Of a stretch of 64,000 bases of DNA, positions 11,205-23,242 are shown piece by piece. Every line of letters starts with the position of its first letter. Position 1 is the first letter of the stretch. Origin of the DNA: Tetramitus jugosus. Lineage: Eukaryota; Protista; Heterolobosea. A program made the translations under genes and the position numbers. Where the stretch lies: NCBI GenBank assembly GCA_937625935.1, contig OW569387.1:62001-126000 (forward strand), written 5' to 3'. The notes beneath the pieces are model-generated. The model was not told the DNA's origin. It did no database searches and was given only the letters and a program-made list of their open reading frames with translations.

Positions 11205-13647
11205 ATGTCCCAAGAAGTAGAGGGGAATCACTCTGTGATCAGTAGTTCAGCTGAACATGTTCCTCCTTCACAAGCCAATTATCAGGCAATAGGAAGAGGC
11301 AAAAATACAATCGACTCTCCACAATCAGGAGATGCTATTTTTCCAAACACTCCTAAAGACGGCTCCAAAGCTCGTGGTCATCTATGGCGTAAGGTGTATG
11401 AACCAAGTATGAACAAGAAGAAAGGAAGACAAAGATTGGGTTACAACATGTTGAAGATTCTTCGATTCTCTTGGAGTTTCAGTGTTGTCTTCCTTGTGAT
11501 GCTATTGGCTTCTCTGGTGATTGTCGGTGTATCACTTTGGTTATTCAATTATTTTGTGATACGGAGGGGTGTTCGACAAGTGGCCAATATTCAACGAGAT
11601 TTACTGACACTCCGAGTGCTGAACCATTTGCAAGACTTTGTGGCCTCTGGACCTAATGTTGTCCAAACACTCATTAAGGAAATGGAATGGGGAGACCGGT
11701 CTGGTCTGAACTTCAGTGACTCGAGGAATGATAAGAGCCGAAAAATCCAACAGATTTTATTGTTTAGTCAACTGAAAAATCCCAAAATCACGACTGCATG
11801 GTACGGAACACGTTACGATTACTTCATCGTAGTCATGGTGAACGATACCATTAGCGTTCCTCCAGAGAAGTTTGTATTGGGACTATCGAATGGAGATGGG
11901 GTTGTATCAAATTACCCAATGAATAGTGTGCTGGACGTGCCTCCCAGGCCAGTTGATGTCCAATTCGGATTTTTCCCAACAAAACGTCCTTGGTACTTGA
12001 TTGCAGAGAAAACTCGTGCGATTCAATGGGCCCCAATTTTCTTCACATTATCGCTACCAGCATATCTGACAATCCCAGTGGCCGGGCCATACTTTGATGT
12101 GAATGATGGGAGTTTGTATGGTGTAGTAACTGCTTCCATTAACCTACAAACTCTCTCCGACTTCTTGAGATCACTTGTCGTTTTTCCAGAAACAAGAGTG
12201 TATGTTGTGCAGAGTGATATGATATTAGTTGCAGTGAACAAGGGCAAGGTTACAGACGATACTGATCCCGATAATCGAAAGGTGGTCGATGCAAGAAACA
12301 GCACAGATTTTGTGATTCGTGAATCAGCCGAGATTATCGTACGTACTTTAGGAGTACCTTTGGTCGTAGATGACAGAGAGTTCATTGGTTTGAAGTTTGT
12401 TGATTCCACAGGGAAGAAAAGGAATATTGCAATCATTGGATTTCGAGACAATTTTGGTCTCAGGTGGAACTTGATATCAGTGCTTTCCGAAGCTGTTGTT
12501 CTGAAGGTTGTGAACAAGTCGAACCGAGTCTTGGTCATTGTGACAATTTGCACGATCATTGGAGCACTTTTGATTGCCCTTGTCATCAGTGTAATGATAT
12601 CAGTCCCATTGTCAGAAATCGCGAGAGAGTTCGTGAAAATCACGAAGATGAACTTTAAGAATCATAAGAGCAAGATTCACTCTCTTCCATTCTTTGAGAT
12701 TGCAGTCATGACACAATCTATCAAACAATTGAAAAATGGACTGCGTTGCTTTGATGCTTATGTTCCTTCAGATGTTGTTCGGGTGTTGATGTCGAGAAAT
12801 ACAAGTGCGCGACTTGGAGTTGTGAGAAAACGAATAACAATCGTGTTTATCGAAACAAGATTAGAGGATACAAATGGGTATTCACCTAATCTTATCGTGG
12901 ACATGTTGCAAGTCATGCTCACTTCTTTCTCTCAAATTGTGACTGATGAAGGAGGAGTGGTTGACAAGTATATTCCTGAAGGAATCATGTGTCTCTTCAA
13001 TGCACCATTGAGCATTGATGATCACGAACTCAGATCAATTCGAGCATGCTTTAAGATACACCAGAGTGTTCGCGAATTGAATCAAGCGTGGACAAACAAG
13101 GGTCTTCCCAATATATCGATTCGAATTGGAGTAAACACAGATATGTGTTATGTTGGGAATGTAGGAAGTCGAACTAGAGTCAATTATACAGCATTGGGTG
13201 ATGCAGTCAACGTGGCCAGTCGATTAATGTCACTTAACAAACGATATGCAACATCGATAATGATTGGACCCAAGACAAAAGAAGGAGTTCAAGATCACTT
13301 TGTCTGTCGATGGATATCCTTTGTTTGTGTCAAGGGAAAATCTCAACCCAGTATGTATTGCTCTTTCATTCATTGCAACTTGTTCATCATGCACTGACAT
13401 CATTATTCATTCAGTTCACGTTTTTGAAGTTTTGTGCGAGAGAGAAAAGGCATCAGAAAAGCAAAAAGAACTGGAAAGTGCCACATCTCAAGTGAAGCAA
13501 CTCATTGAAGAAAACAATCTGAACTCTGCTCTCAATTTGGTTTTGAAATTGTTGTCAGAGTATCCCAGAGATGAAGCTTTGCTTGAATTGAGAGAAAGAC
13601 TTGAATCTCCAAACTTTTGTCCCCACATGGAAGTTGGTAGTAAATAG
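11205..13647 (+). CDS. Receptor-type class III nucleotidyl cyclase copy 1 (TM-Cache-TM-HAMP-like-cyclase), intron 13351-13414
   Basis: Two TM helices; Cache motif PTKRPWY; cyclase motifs GGVVDKY, RIGVNT, VGNVGSRTRVNYTALGDAVNVASRL, VKGK. Confidence 0.9.
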
Positions 13648-14289
13648 GAACTACCACAACAAAAGATATGGGGAACAAACATCTGTTCCTTTTACGTTCT
13701 ACAGTGGCAAAATAAATGGATGATGCCAGTTCAGCACTATTGATTTTTTACCAAGCGGCTGTACATAAGCGATCCATCATTCTTCCTTTGGCGTTTTTCG
13801 GCGAAATTTTTTTGTAGATTAAGGATGAGAAAAATCCTGTTCATCAGCCCAAAGACGTTTGCAGAGGAGGAAGAGTGGATTAATATCACCTACACTTATT
13901 CTACGAGGCACTGACAGCACGAAAAGAGGAAAGTTGCTAATCTTTTGCCAAGAAGCTCGATTTTGATGAGGAAGAAGTGACCATCAGGTTCCAGAAGAGA
14001 TGATGTGTGATGTGTATCTGTGATTTCTCCTAAAACTAAAATCATCGAGGTCAAGGTCAAATTAGAAGATAAAATTCAACATGCCTTAGTAATTCTCAAG
14101 AGTTTAGCTAGTTACATGAATCAAGTTTGAGTTATGTTATACATTTTGTATGAGGGGCTCTTCTTTGACGTGCATATCATAATTAGCATCACCAGGTTTA
14201 ATTTTTATCACAGAAATCAGTATTCTGTCAAGTTTTACTTACAAAAGAAACTACTCGTAAGTAATTTCTATGAGTATATTAATCAACTA

Positions 14290-15560
14290 GACCAATGATG
14301 ATTACCAATGACTGAAGGGCTTCGAAAAGATCCCAGACATATAAAAATGGTGGTATATCGTCTCTTCAAAGTTAATGTACATCACTAGTTTCGTTGAACT
14401 GGTGACATAACAACAAAAATTCGCACATCAGGACAATTGTTTTCGAGAAAAGATCGTTCGCATGGCTTTGTTTGAAGCATTTCTTCATATTGATATTCTG
14501 AATGATCAAGATGATCATTGGAAGCGTCTAGCCTTTCTATAACCTCTGATCATTTTCAACTTTGTTGTATAATCAAAGGGAAACAAAGTATACATTCTGA
14601 TTTATCTTGATCACAGTCTTGATTGGGGGAGTGCATCCGAACATGCCTTCAAATGCGATAAATATATTTTCGGGTGTCAAAAAACAGATAGGAACTCTAC
14701 TATATCACAATCAATTTGTTTTGAACGTTCAAAATCTGTGGTGTCTCCATCAACAACTTTTGTATCCAACAAATTGAGTTTTAGATGTTCAATTGATACG
14801 CTCCGCATAGTAATAGTAATTATCTGATTAGTTACGATGGATAACACTCGCAATTATTCTTTATTCTTCGCAACACGTTTCCATGGCTGTTCTTTGGTGT
14901 CACAGCTTTTTTTCTCATTCTTGGCATCTTCGCCCAAACAGAATATCTGAGAAATCCACTAGGGCAATATGTTGGCTTCTTTCTTCTCTTGACATACTCC
15001 AGACTGTTATGCACACCTTTTTCTATTCTGATGTTCTCGCGCCGCTTAAAAAGCTTCTTCGTGTCGTTGATAGTACACCAGCAGATGAGATGCTGGGCAA
15101 AGAATAGAATAAAATTCTTTTCTGAACCATTTTCTAATTCTTCAGAAGAAAAAAGAGATGATCAAACCGTTAGATCAAAGTATGTTCTTAAATTCTAATT
15201 CTATATCCATCTTCGATTTACCTCGCATAGAGTAAGTGTTGTACAAGTTTAATTCCTAGGACAATGTATTTCGTAATTTTTTTATGGACTTATGTAATAA
15301 ACAAAGTTAGTAGCATCATGATGTTAAGGAATAGAACGAAAAGATAAGTATTGGAAGGAAAAAATCAAGTTGTGATGAACATCAACGTGGATTCGAATAC
15401 CTATTCCATCATTCACCAAGTATAGATGCGTATAGATCGTCCATTTTATCCCACAAATTCAAATGATTCCACTTCACTCTCTCGCAGGAGTAAAGATTTG
15501 GATGTTGTTGAGCGTCCTCGTTTTAACCAGAGGTACACAACCTGAAATTTTTTTCACCAT
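14290..15560 (-). pseudogene. Possible decayed gene fragments
   Basis: Short protein-like stretches on the minus strand (e.g. RVPICFLTPENIFIAFEGMFGCTPP) broken by stops and frameshifts; no long ORF. Confidence 0.3.
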
Positions 15561-15797
15561 GCGACAGCTCATAACAAAAGCAACAAACAATAGAACTCAG
15601 CGGAGTGTGATTAAAAGAAGCTAAATACAACGGGAGGTAGATAGAAAAAATTGTAGAATAATGCCTTGCTATTTTGAAGACTGATGAGGCACTACAGAGC
15701 GCCCTATCGCATTTCTTTAACTGTAGTTTGTTCGTTTGTATTTGTTTGTTTTATTCTTTTGAAACTTCCGTTCGGATCCGTTCAACATCAACAAACA

Positions 15798-16900
15798 TGA
15801 CTTCAAAGCGCGCAACAAAGAAAACACACTAACAGGAATCATAAGAAGAACGGTAATCCATCAAGAGACGACGATCAGAAACATACGCGGAAGAAATACA
15901 GAGAATTACAGGAAGCGCAAGCACATGCCTTCCATAGAGTTCATAATGGTCGTCATGGCTTCATGTAGAAGGCATGGCTAGATGCGATTGTTCACAAGGA
16001 AATTATGATGCTCCTCAGCGCCCACGGTCATGATTACAATGCTATTGCCGGTGAATGCCAGTACTCAGTACCAGAATCTGGAATCAAACAGCAAGTGAAG
16101 GAGTGTCTCATTTATCTGCATATTACTGGGTACGAGCTCCCAATGAAGGCATATCCCCTTCACTTTCACTTTCGTGAGCTGTGTTAAGCATGAAGCTCAT
16201 GTGCAATTGTTGAACTCAGATGGTGCTATAGCTGAACAAATCAAAATTGGTGCTGTGAATTTTGTATGTCATCTTTGGGAAAGAATGTCAGAAATCATTT
16301 TGCAGGACATAAACATAATCGAACGTTGTTGATACCAATTCATACTATTTACATATTACAGAATACTACTAGTAGTTAGTTATTGAATACAAATGCAGGC
16401 AGGAACTTGTCCCAGTCGACATTGATGATACAACAGAGAAATTTGATTTACTCAGATGACTATACCCAGCCGATGTGGACGTGCAGTTTTGTTTGAGGGA
16501 ACGTTTTTTCAGACTCGTGATTCCTTAGTATGAGATATTTAACTAATAATTTTGATAGACTGTATGGAGGGACAGATGCCATATGATTCACTTGTATTAT
16601 GCTTTGCAGGTTGTAATCATCCGATAGATTTTATCGTGAAGCATCTGAGATATGATATCATTTAGCTCGAGACTACTACCACCAATCGACTCGAAGGTCT
16701 ATTTGGCAGGTGCAGATTGATGATGAGACGGTTCACTCAATTTCAGTTCCAAATGATTGTATCCAAGCTTGTCACCGAGTGTCTGCTGTGCTTGAATCCG
16801 GAACGAAAGCATAGTATGATATATGGAAAGAAGTCAGTGCTGAATGTTTATTCGAGAATGTAACAGCGTCATTGGGAATAAAAGGGGTGACCAGCACCTG
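15798..16900 (+). pseudogene. Probable decayed gene
   Basis: ATG after an AAAC leader, protein-like frames (AWLDAIVHKEIMMLLSAHG...) interrupted by stops and frameshifts, residual GTATGT donor near 16264. Confidence 0.35.
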
Positions 16901-18005
16901 AGCAGCGAGCTGACAGAGTGAGCTGGCAGTTTTGTTCGAAAGGAGGTAGGGAAATGAAAAATTGTGATGATAAGAGTGATTTCACTTCAACTACGGATTA
17001 ATAGAGAGGATTTTGGTGTTAAACTGGTTTTGTTTCGAATTTTGATGAAATTTTGGATTTTTTACGCCAAAGGGTTGGGTTTGGGTCTGTCTTGTTGTTA
17101 AGGAAAACCCGAGAATTTTGCTGTATTTGGTATCAGAGCGTTGAAATTTACAGTTTAGTGTAAAAAAATTGAGTTCGGTTGAGTTGTGGCTTATAGGTTG
17201 AGGGAGTAAAAAGAAGACATATAGGACAAGAGTTACATGGATTTTGGAGTCTAATATCAGATCGGAGATATTGAGGTTCAACGAACAGGGAGGTTCACGG
17301 TCCAGGACCGTGAAATGATTTCCAGTATTTCATCTCAGGTCATTTGTCAGTGGAGCTTTTTGGATCCAGCAAAGAATTTCGACCAATGAGGAAAGTGATT
17401 GACTTAGTGATCCATGTTCAGGGAACAATAAATCTTTAGGCGAAGTCTTAACAGTTACCGTGAGTCGTGTTTGAGGTGTAAAACTGGATCCTTTTCTGAC
17501 AGTAAATTTCTTCTTCAATTCTCTTGTGAATACTGCACAAATTGATCAGGCGGCAATTGAATCCGAACACTTGAAGTTTGTCCTTCTCTTTTTGTTTCCC
17601 TCCAAAAATCTTCACGCGAGCCAAAATTAAATTGATACGCTCAAATCAGGAGAAACCATGATCGAAAATAGTGTGACTTGAATGGAGGATGTGAACGCGG
17701 TGACAAAACATCGATCAGGACTGGTCAGGGGACGAGACATGTGTGGATATGAACTGAAGATGGGTCACGTATCTTACAAAAACAGGAAGAGGTCTGTTCA
17801 TAGACATTGTCTTTATTGAAATCTTGTGACAAGAGAATCAGGTCAGATGGCCAAGTAGGGAATTGGTCGACATAAAAGAACGGAACCAGACCAAATCAGG
17901 AAAAATCAGGGTACAGTATAAAAGTTCCCGACACAGGATCTGATCGTCACGATTAAACATTTACTCTTTTTGAGCGAGTGAAACAACAAAGAACGCTACA
18001 CACAC

Positions 18006-20465
18006 ATGTCTCGAGAACTAGAGAGGAATCATCACTCTGTGGTCAACACAGAGTATGCTCTTCTTTCACCCAACAATCATCAGACAGTAGGAAGTGAAGG
18101 AACAGAAAATAATACAATCAACTCTCCACAATCAGGAGAGGATGTTTCCTCGAACAATGTGAACAACGATTCCAAAAATCAAGATGGCCATCACCATCCA
18201 TGGTGTAAGATTTATGAACCAAATATGAACAAGAAGAAAGGTAGACGAAGATTGAGTTACATGATACTCAATATTTTTCGTTTCTCTTGGAGCTTTAGTA
18301 CTGTCTTCCTTGTAATGCTATTGACTTCCTTGATGACTGTCGGTGTATCACTTTGGTTATGCAATTACTTTCTGATACGGAGGGGTGTTCGACAAGTGGC
18401 CAATATTCAACGAGATTTACTGACTCTCCGAGTGCAGAGTCATTTGCAAGACTTTGTGGCCTCTGGACCTAATGTTGTCAAAACGCTCATTAAGGAAATG
18501 GAATGGGGAGACCGGTCTGGTCTGAACTTCAGTGACTCGAGGAATGCTCAGAGTCGAACAATCCAAAAGATTTTATTGTTTAGTCAACTGAAAAATCGAA
18601 AAATCACGACTGCATGGTACGGAACACGTGACGATTACTTCATCGTAGTCATGGTGAACGATACTGTGAACGATCCTCCCCAAAAATACCTGTTCGGACT
18701 ATCGAATGGAGATGGAACAGCATCAAATTATCCAATGAATAATATGTTGGACGTTTCTCCTAAGCCTGTTGATATCCCACTCGGATTTTACCCCACGAAA
18801 CGTCCTTGGTACTTGATTGCAGAGAAAACTCGTACGATTCGATGGGGTCCAATTTTCTTCACGGCATCGACACCAAAGCATCTGACTGCCCCAGTGGCCG
18901 GACCATACTTTGATGTGAATGATGGGAGTTTGTATGGTGTAGTAACTGCCTCCATTAACCTACAAACTCTCTCCGACTTCTTGAGATCACTTGTTGTTTT
19001 TCCAGAAACAAGAGTGTATGTTGTGCAGAGTGATATGATATTAGTTGCAGTGAACAAGGGCAAGGTTACAGACGATACTGATCCCGATAATCGAAAGGTG
19101 GTCGATGCAAGAAACAGCACAGATTTTGTGATTCGTGAATCAGCCGAGATTATCGTACGTACTTTAGGAGTACCTTTGGTCGTAGATGACAGAGAGTTCA
19201 TTGGTTTGAAGTTTGTTGATTCCACAGGGAAGAAAAGGAATATTGCAATCATTGGATTTCGAGACAATTTTGGTCTCAGGTGGAACTTGATATCAGTGCT
19301 TTCCGAAGCTGTTGTTCTGAAGGTTGTGAACAAGTCGAACCGAGTCTTGGCCATTGTGACAATTTGCACGATCATTGGAGCACTTTTGATTGCCCTTGTC
19401 ATCAGTGTAATGATATCAGTCCCATTGTCAGAAATCGCGAGAGAGTTCGCGAAAATCACGAAGATGAACTTTAAGAATCATAAGAGCAAGATTCACTCTC
19501 TTCCATTCTTTGAGATTGCAGTCATGACACAATCTATCAAACAATTGAAAAATGGACTTAGATGTTTTGATGCTTATGTTCCTTCAGATGTTGTTCGAGT
19601 GTTGATGTCAAGAAATGCGAGTGTTCAACTTGGAGTTGTGAGAAAACGAATGACAATCATGTTCATCGAAACGAGATTAGAGGATTCGGATGGATTTTCA
19701 CCAAATCTTCTTGTGGACATGTTGCAAGTCATGCTCACTTCTTTCTCTCAAATTGTGACTGATGAAGGAGGAGTGGTTGACAAGTATATTCCTGAAGGAA
19801 TCATGTGTCTCTTCAATGCACCATTGAGCATTGATGATCACGAAATCAGATCAATTCGAGCATGCTTTAAGATACACCAGAGTGTTCGCGAATTGAATCA
19901 AAAGTGGAAAAGCAAGGATCGTCCCACAATCTCCGTTCGAATTGGAGTAAACACAGATATGTGTTTTGTTGGGAATGTTGGAAGTCGAACTAGAGTCAGT
20001 TTTACAGTATTAGGTGATGCAGTCAATGTGGCCAGTCGATTAATGTCACTGAACAAACAATATGCAACATCAATAATGATTGGATCCGAGACAAAAGAAG
20101 GAGTTCAAGATCACTTTGTCTGTCGATGGATATCCTTTGTTTGCGTCAAGGGAAAATCTCAACCCAGTATGTATTGCTCTTTCATTCATTGCAACTTTGG
20201 TTGATCATGCACTGACATCATTATTCATTCAGTTCACGTTTTTGAAGTTTTGTGCGAGAGAGAAAAGGCATCAGAAAAGCAAAAAGAACTGGAAAGTGCC
20301 ACATCTCAAGTGAAGCAACTCATTGAAGAAAACAATCTGAACTCTGCTCTCAATTTGGTTTTGAAATTGTTGTCAGAGTATCCCAGAGATGAAGCTTTGC
20401 TTGAATTGAGAGAAAGACTTGAATCTCCAAACTTTTGTCCCCACATGGAAGTTGGTAGTAAATAG
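18006..20465 (+). CDS. Receptor-type class III nucleotidyl cyclase copy 2, intron 20167-20232
   Basis: Paralog of copy 1 with long near-identical stretches and the same intron position. Confidence 0.9.
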
Positions 20466-20735
20466 GAACTACCACAACAAAAGATATGGAGGAACAAACA
20501 TCTCCCTATGAAGTGAACTTTGATAATATTGGAATTAGGCCTTTTATCTTTGCAAAACTGGAGAAGGATTGCTGTAAAAACAGTACCAGCCAAAGGAAAT
20601 TCGGAATAAAAATACTCCGGTGTGCATTGTGGGACTTGCATGTGAGTTCAATCGAATTGCATTTTATGACCTTGCCTCGATTCAACAGAAGAAGTCCAAC
20701 ACAACAAACCACAACAACTACTATTATTGTAACAA

Positions 20736-22196
20736 ATGTCAAGCAAGGCAAAACTGGCTGATCCAAACACTCCATTCCAGGAGTTTGTGTATGAAGATAT
20801 TCCATTCCCTGTGATTACCCATATTGATCAAGTTCGGAACGCTGTAGGTGCGTTTCCAGAGTTTGCTTTCCGTGAGAGAGACGGCTTCATTTTTTGTTGC
20901 TACAAGCGGATCAGCTCAGAAACATTTCCGCTCGTGCCAAAATCAAAAGTTTTACGACAGAATTCTTCCGGCATTGTATCGTTAGAAGAAGAGGAATCCC
21001 AGGAGCAGAGAGAGCAGAAAATGTATCAAGATTTCATGTTTCGAAGAGAGGTGAGAGGCTTAGCTTTCGATATGACAACAGGTAGAATTGTCAGTCGGCA
21101 ATTGCACAAGTTTTTCAATGTGGGTGAACGTATTGACACCTCTGAAGCAGTCCTACAAAATCTCATTGAAAGTAACTTGAAAAAGGGTCGTTCCATTCAC
21201 ATGATGGAAAAGTTGGATGGATCACTCGTGTCTCCAGTAATTACACAAGAGAACAAGATGAGAATGAGAACAAAGATGGGCTTTAACAATGATACAAGCA
21301 ACGCTTGCGAGATGTTATTATACGGTACAAGAGATATAGATCAATGGCCACTTGTTGACTCGCAAATCTTGTCCGAGAGCTATGAGAAATCAGAGGATGA
21401 ACATCAACGGGTTCTCCACTTTTGTGCCAAATGGAGTAGAAAGGGTTACAGTTGCATGTTCGAGTTCTTTACCAACGAAACAATGATTGTCATCAAGTAC
21501 GAGAAGAGTTTCTTTACGTTGATTGCTATGAGGAACACAGAAACAGGAGAGTACGTGTCCTATGATGAAATGGTTCAATTGGCGACGCAAGCCAATATTT
21601 CAGTTGTGCCTGCCACTGTCATTTCTCATGAAGTTCGCGGACAAGAAAACTCACACAACATTAAGGAAGTCATCGCTCAGGTAAAGCAAATGAGTGGTAA
21701 GGAAGGATGTGTCATGAGATTTTACGACGGCCAAATGTTTAAATTGAAATCGGATTGGTATTGTGACCTTCATTATTTGAAAAGTAATGTGACTTACAAT
21801 CCTGTCAACGAAGGCAATATTTGGAACTTGGTATTTGATGAAAGGGTGGACGATTCATTGCCCCTGTTAGCGGAACGAGAACAAGATGCTCTCAGACGGT
21901 TTAATGACGATCTTTTGAAGGCAGTGACAGACACAGGAAAGAGAGCCATTGAATTCTCTGAGCAAAATAGAGATTTGAGTGCGAGAGATTTTGCTAGTGC
22001 CGTGAAGAAAGAAACGAGAAATACGACATGGGCAAGAATTCTTTACAAGGTTCAAAGGCTTGGACCAAGCGAAGCGACCGAACAAGTGATTGAAGCACTA
22101 CGTATTTTGTTGTTCAAGGATCTCAATGGTGCTCGGACAGTACTACAGGCACCTCATCTTGTTTTCTTTGAGAATTATTTGAAAGTCGAGAAATAA
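20736..22196 (+). CDS. T4 Rnl1-family ATP-dependent RNA ligase
   Basis: RREVRGLAFD, HKFFNVGE, motif I EKLDGS, MFEF, EGCV, FKLKSDWY (nucleotidyltransferase motifs of the Rnl1 type). Confidence 0.85.
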   Translation: MSSKAKLADPNTPFQEFVYEDIPFPVITHIDQVRNAVGAFPEFAFRERDGFIFCCYKRISSETFPLVPKSKVLRQNSSGIVSLEEEESQEQREQKMYQDFMFRREVRGLAFDMTTGRIVSRQLHKFFNVGERIDTSEAVLQNLIESNLKKGRSIHMMEKLDGSLVSPVITQENKMRMRTKMGFNNDTSNACEMLLYGTRDIDQWPLVDSQILSESYEKSEDEHQRVLHFCAKWSRKGYSCMFEFFTNETMIVIKYEKSFFTLIAMRNTETGEYVSYDEMVQLATQANISVVPATVISHEVRGQENSHNIKEVIAQVKQMSGKEGCVMRFYDGQMFKLKSDWYCDLHYLKSNVTYNPVNEGNIWNLVFDERVDDSLPLLAEREQDALRRFNDDLLKAVTDTGKRAIEFSEQNRDLSARDFASAVKKETRNTTWARILYKVQRLGPSEATEQVIEALRILLFKDLNGARTVLQAPHLVFFENYLKVEK

Positions 22197-22551
22197 TGTG
22201 TATAATATACGATTTCAATTGTTGTCACCTGTGGTAACAGATGAATTTTCTTTTTGGAATTCCTAGCTTCGTGAATTCTCATCAATCTTTGTAGATGATC
22301 AAGTGGCCGTTGCCTGATGTCTTCGGCAACCGAAGTTTGGGCAGTTTTCTCATTGGCGGCGGGTTGAGATCATCCTTCACATCGAGACTCGATTCCTGTG
22401 AGTTCCTTTTCTTTTTTTTCACTTCCGCGGAATATTTTTGAAAGTTGATGGCCACAATACAATGCTCAGGGACTTTATTGGAGGCCTATAAAAATGAAAT
22501 CTAAGATGGATCAAGGAGATGGAAACAAATACTAGAGAAGTTTTCGACAAC

Positions 22552-22953
22552 ATGAAGATCATCGTAGTTCTTGTCATATCGATAGTTGCCATTTTATTTA
22601 TTGCCAGTGCAATTTGCGCTACCCCATACCAGATAGGTATTTACTGTGGAGACCACTATTGCCCTAACGGTTACTTGTGTTGTCGCGACAATCTAATGGG
22701 CCTTCGCTACCAATGCTATCACCCACTATCCAAAGGTTGTTACGCTGACAAGTACAGATCCACTCGGAATTGTGTTTGTGGGAAGTATGATGGGTGTTGC
22801 AACGGTGTTTGTTTCAATATATGGAACTACATTTGTAACACTTCAACTGGTAAACTTGTCCAAAGAGAAAAGAAGACAGTCTCTGTTGATGAACAGACAG
22901 TGACAAAAAGCCAGAGGAATACAACAAAACCAAAACTACCTCGACGTATGTAA
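22552..22953 (+). CDS. Small secreted cysteine-rich protein
   Basis: Signal peptide MKIIVVLVISIVAILFIASA, more than 10 Cys in CG..YC...CC and CCNGVC patterns; TATAAAA at ~22487. Confidence 0.75.
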   Translation: MKIIVVLVISIVAILFIASAICATPYQIGIYCGDHYCPNGYLCCRDNLMGLRYQCYHPLSKGCYADKYRSTRNCVCGKYDGCCNGVCFNIWNYICNTSTGKLVQREKKTVSVDEQTVTKSQRNTTKPKLPRRM

Positions 22954-23242
22954 AAGTCTACATTGAGGTTCTAGTAGTCCCATGTATGAACGCAGACACG
23001 AGAGTGCACTTCTGGTTTTGAAGGTCCCACAGAATATAAAAAGTGAAACTGTACAGTTGTTTCTTCGACATCATTTTTGCACTGGACCGCTTGGCCGCTT
23101 ATGATTCTCGGCTTGGCGGTTACAATGTTACAATAGATTCTAGCAAAATTTGAAGGAGACCCCCTTCAAAGATCAAGGTTGGTGAGACATATCACTGAAT
23201 GAAGTAAATAGTTCTTCTAGACAAAAACAAAAAACAAGTTAC

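Noticed and set aside
12023-12643. 206-aa antisense ORF (also 18788-19459 and 39018-39446)
   Set aside because: Shadow of the cyclase coding strand, repeated only because the genes are duplicated
22224-22238. GTCACCTGTGGTAAC matching an RFX X-box
   Set aside because: Single occurrence just 3' of a gene, with no supporting context
23149-23170. Short inverted repeat TTTGAAGG...CCTTCAAA (also GGGTTC...GAACCC at ~35915)
   Set aside because: Too short to distinguish from chance
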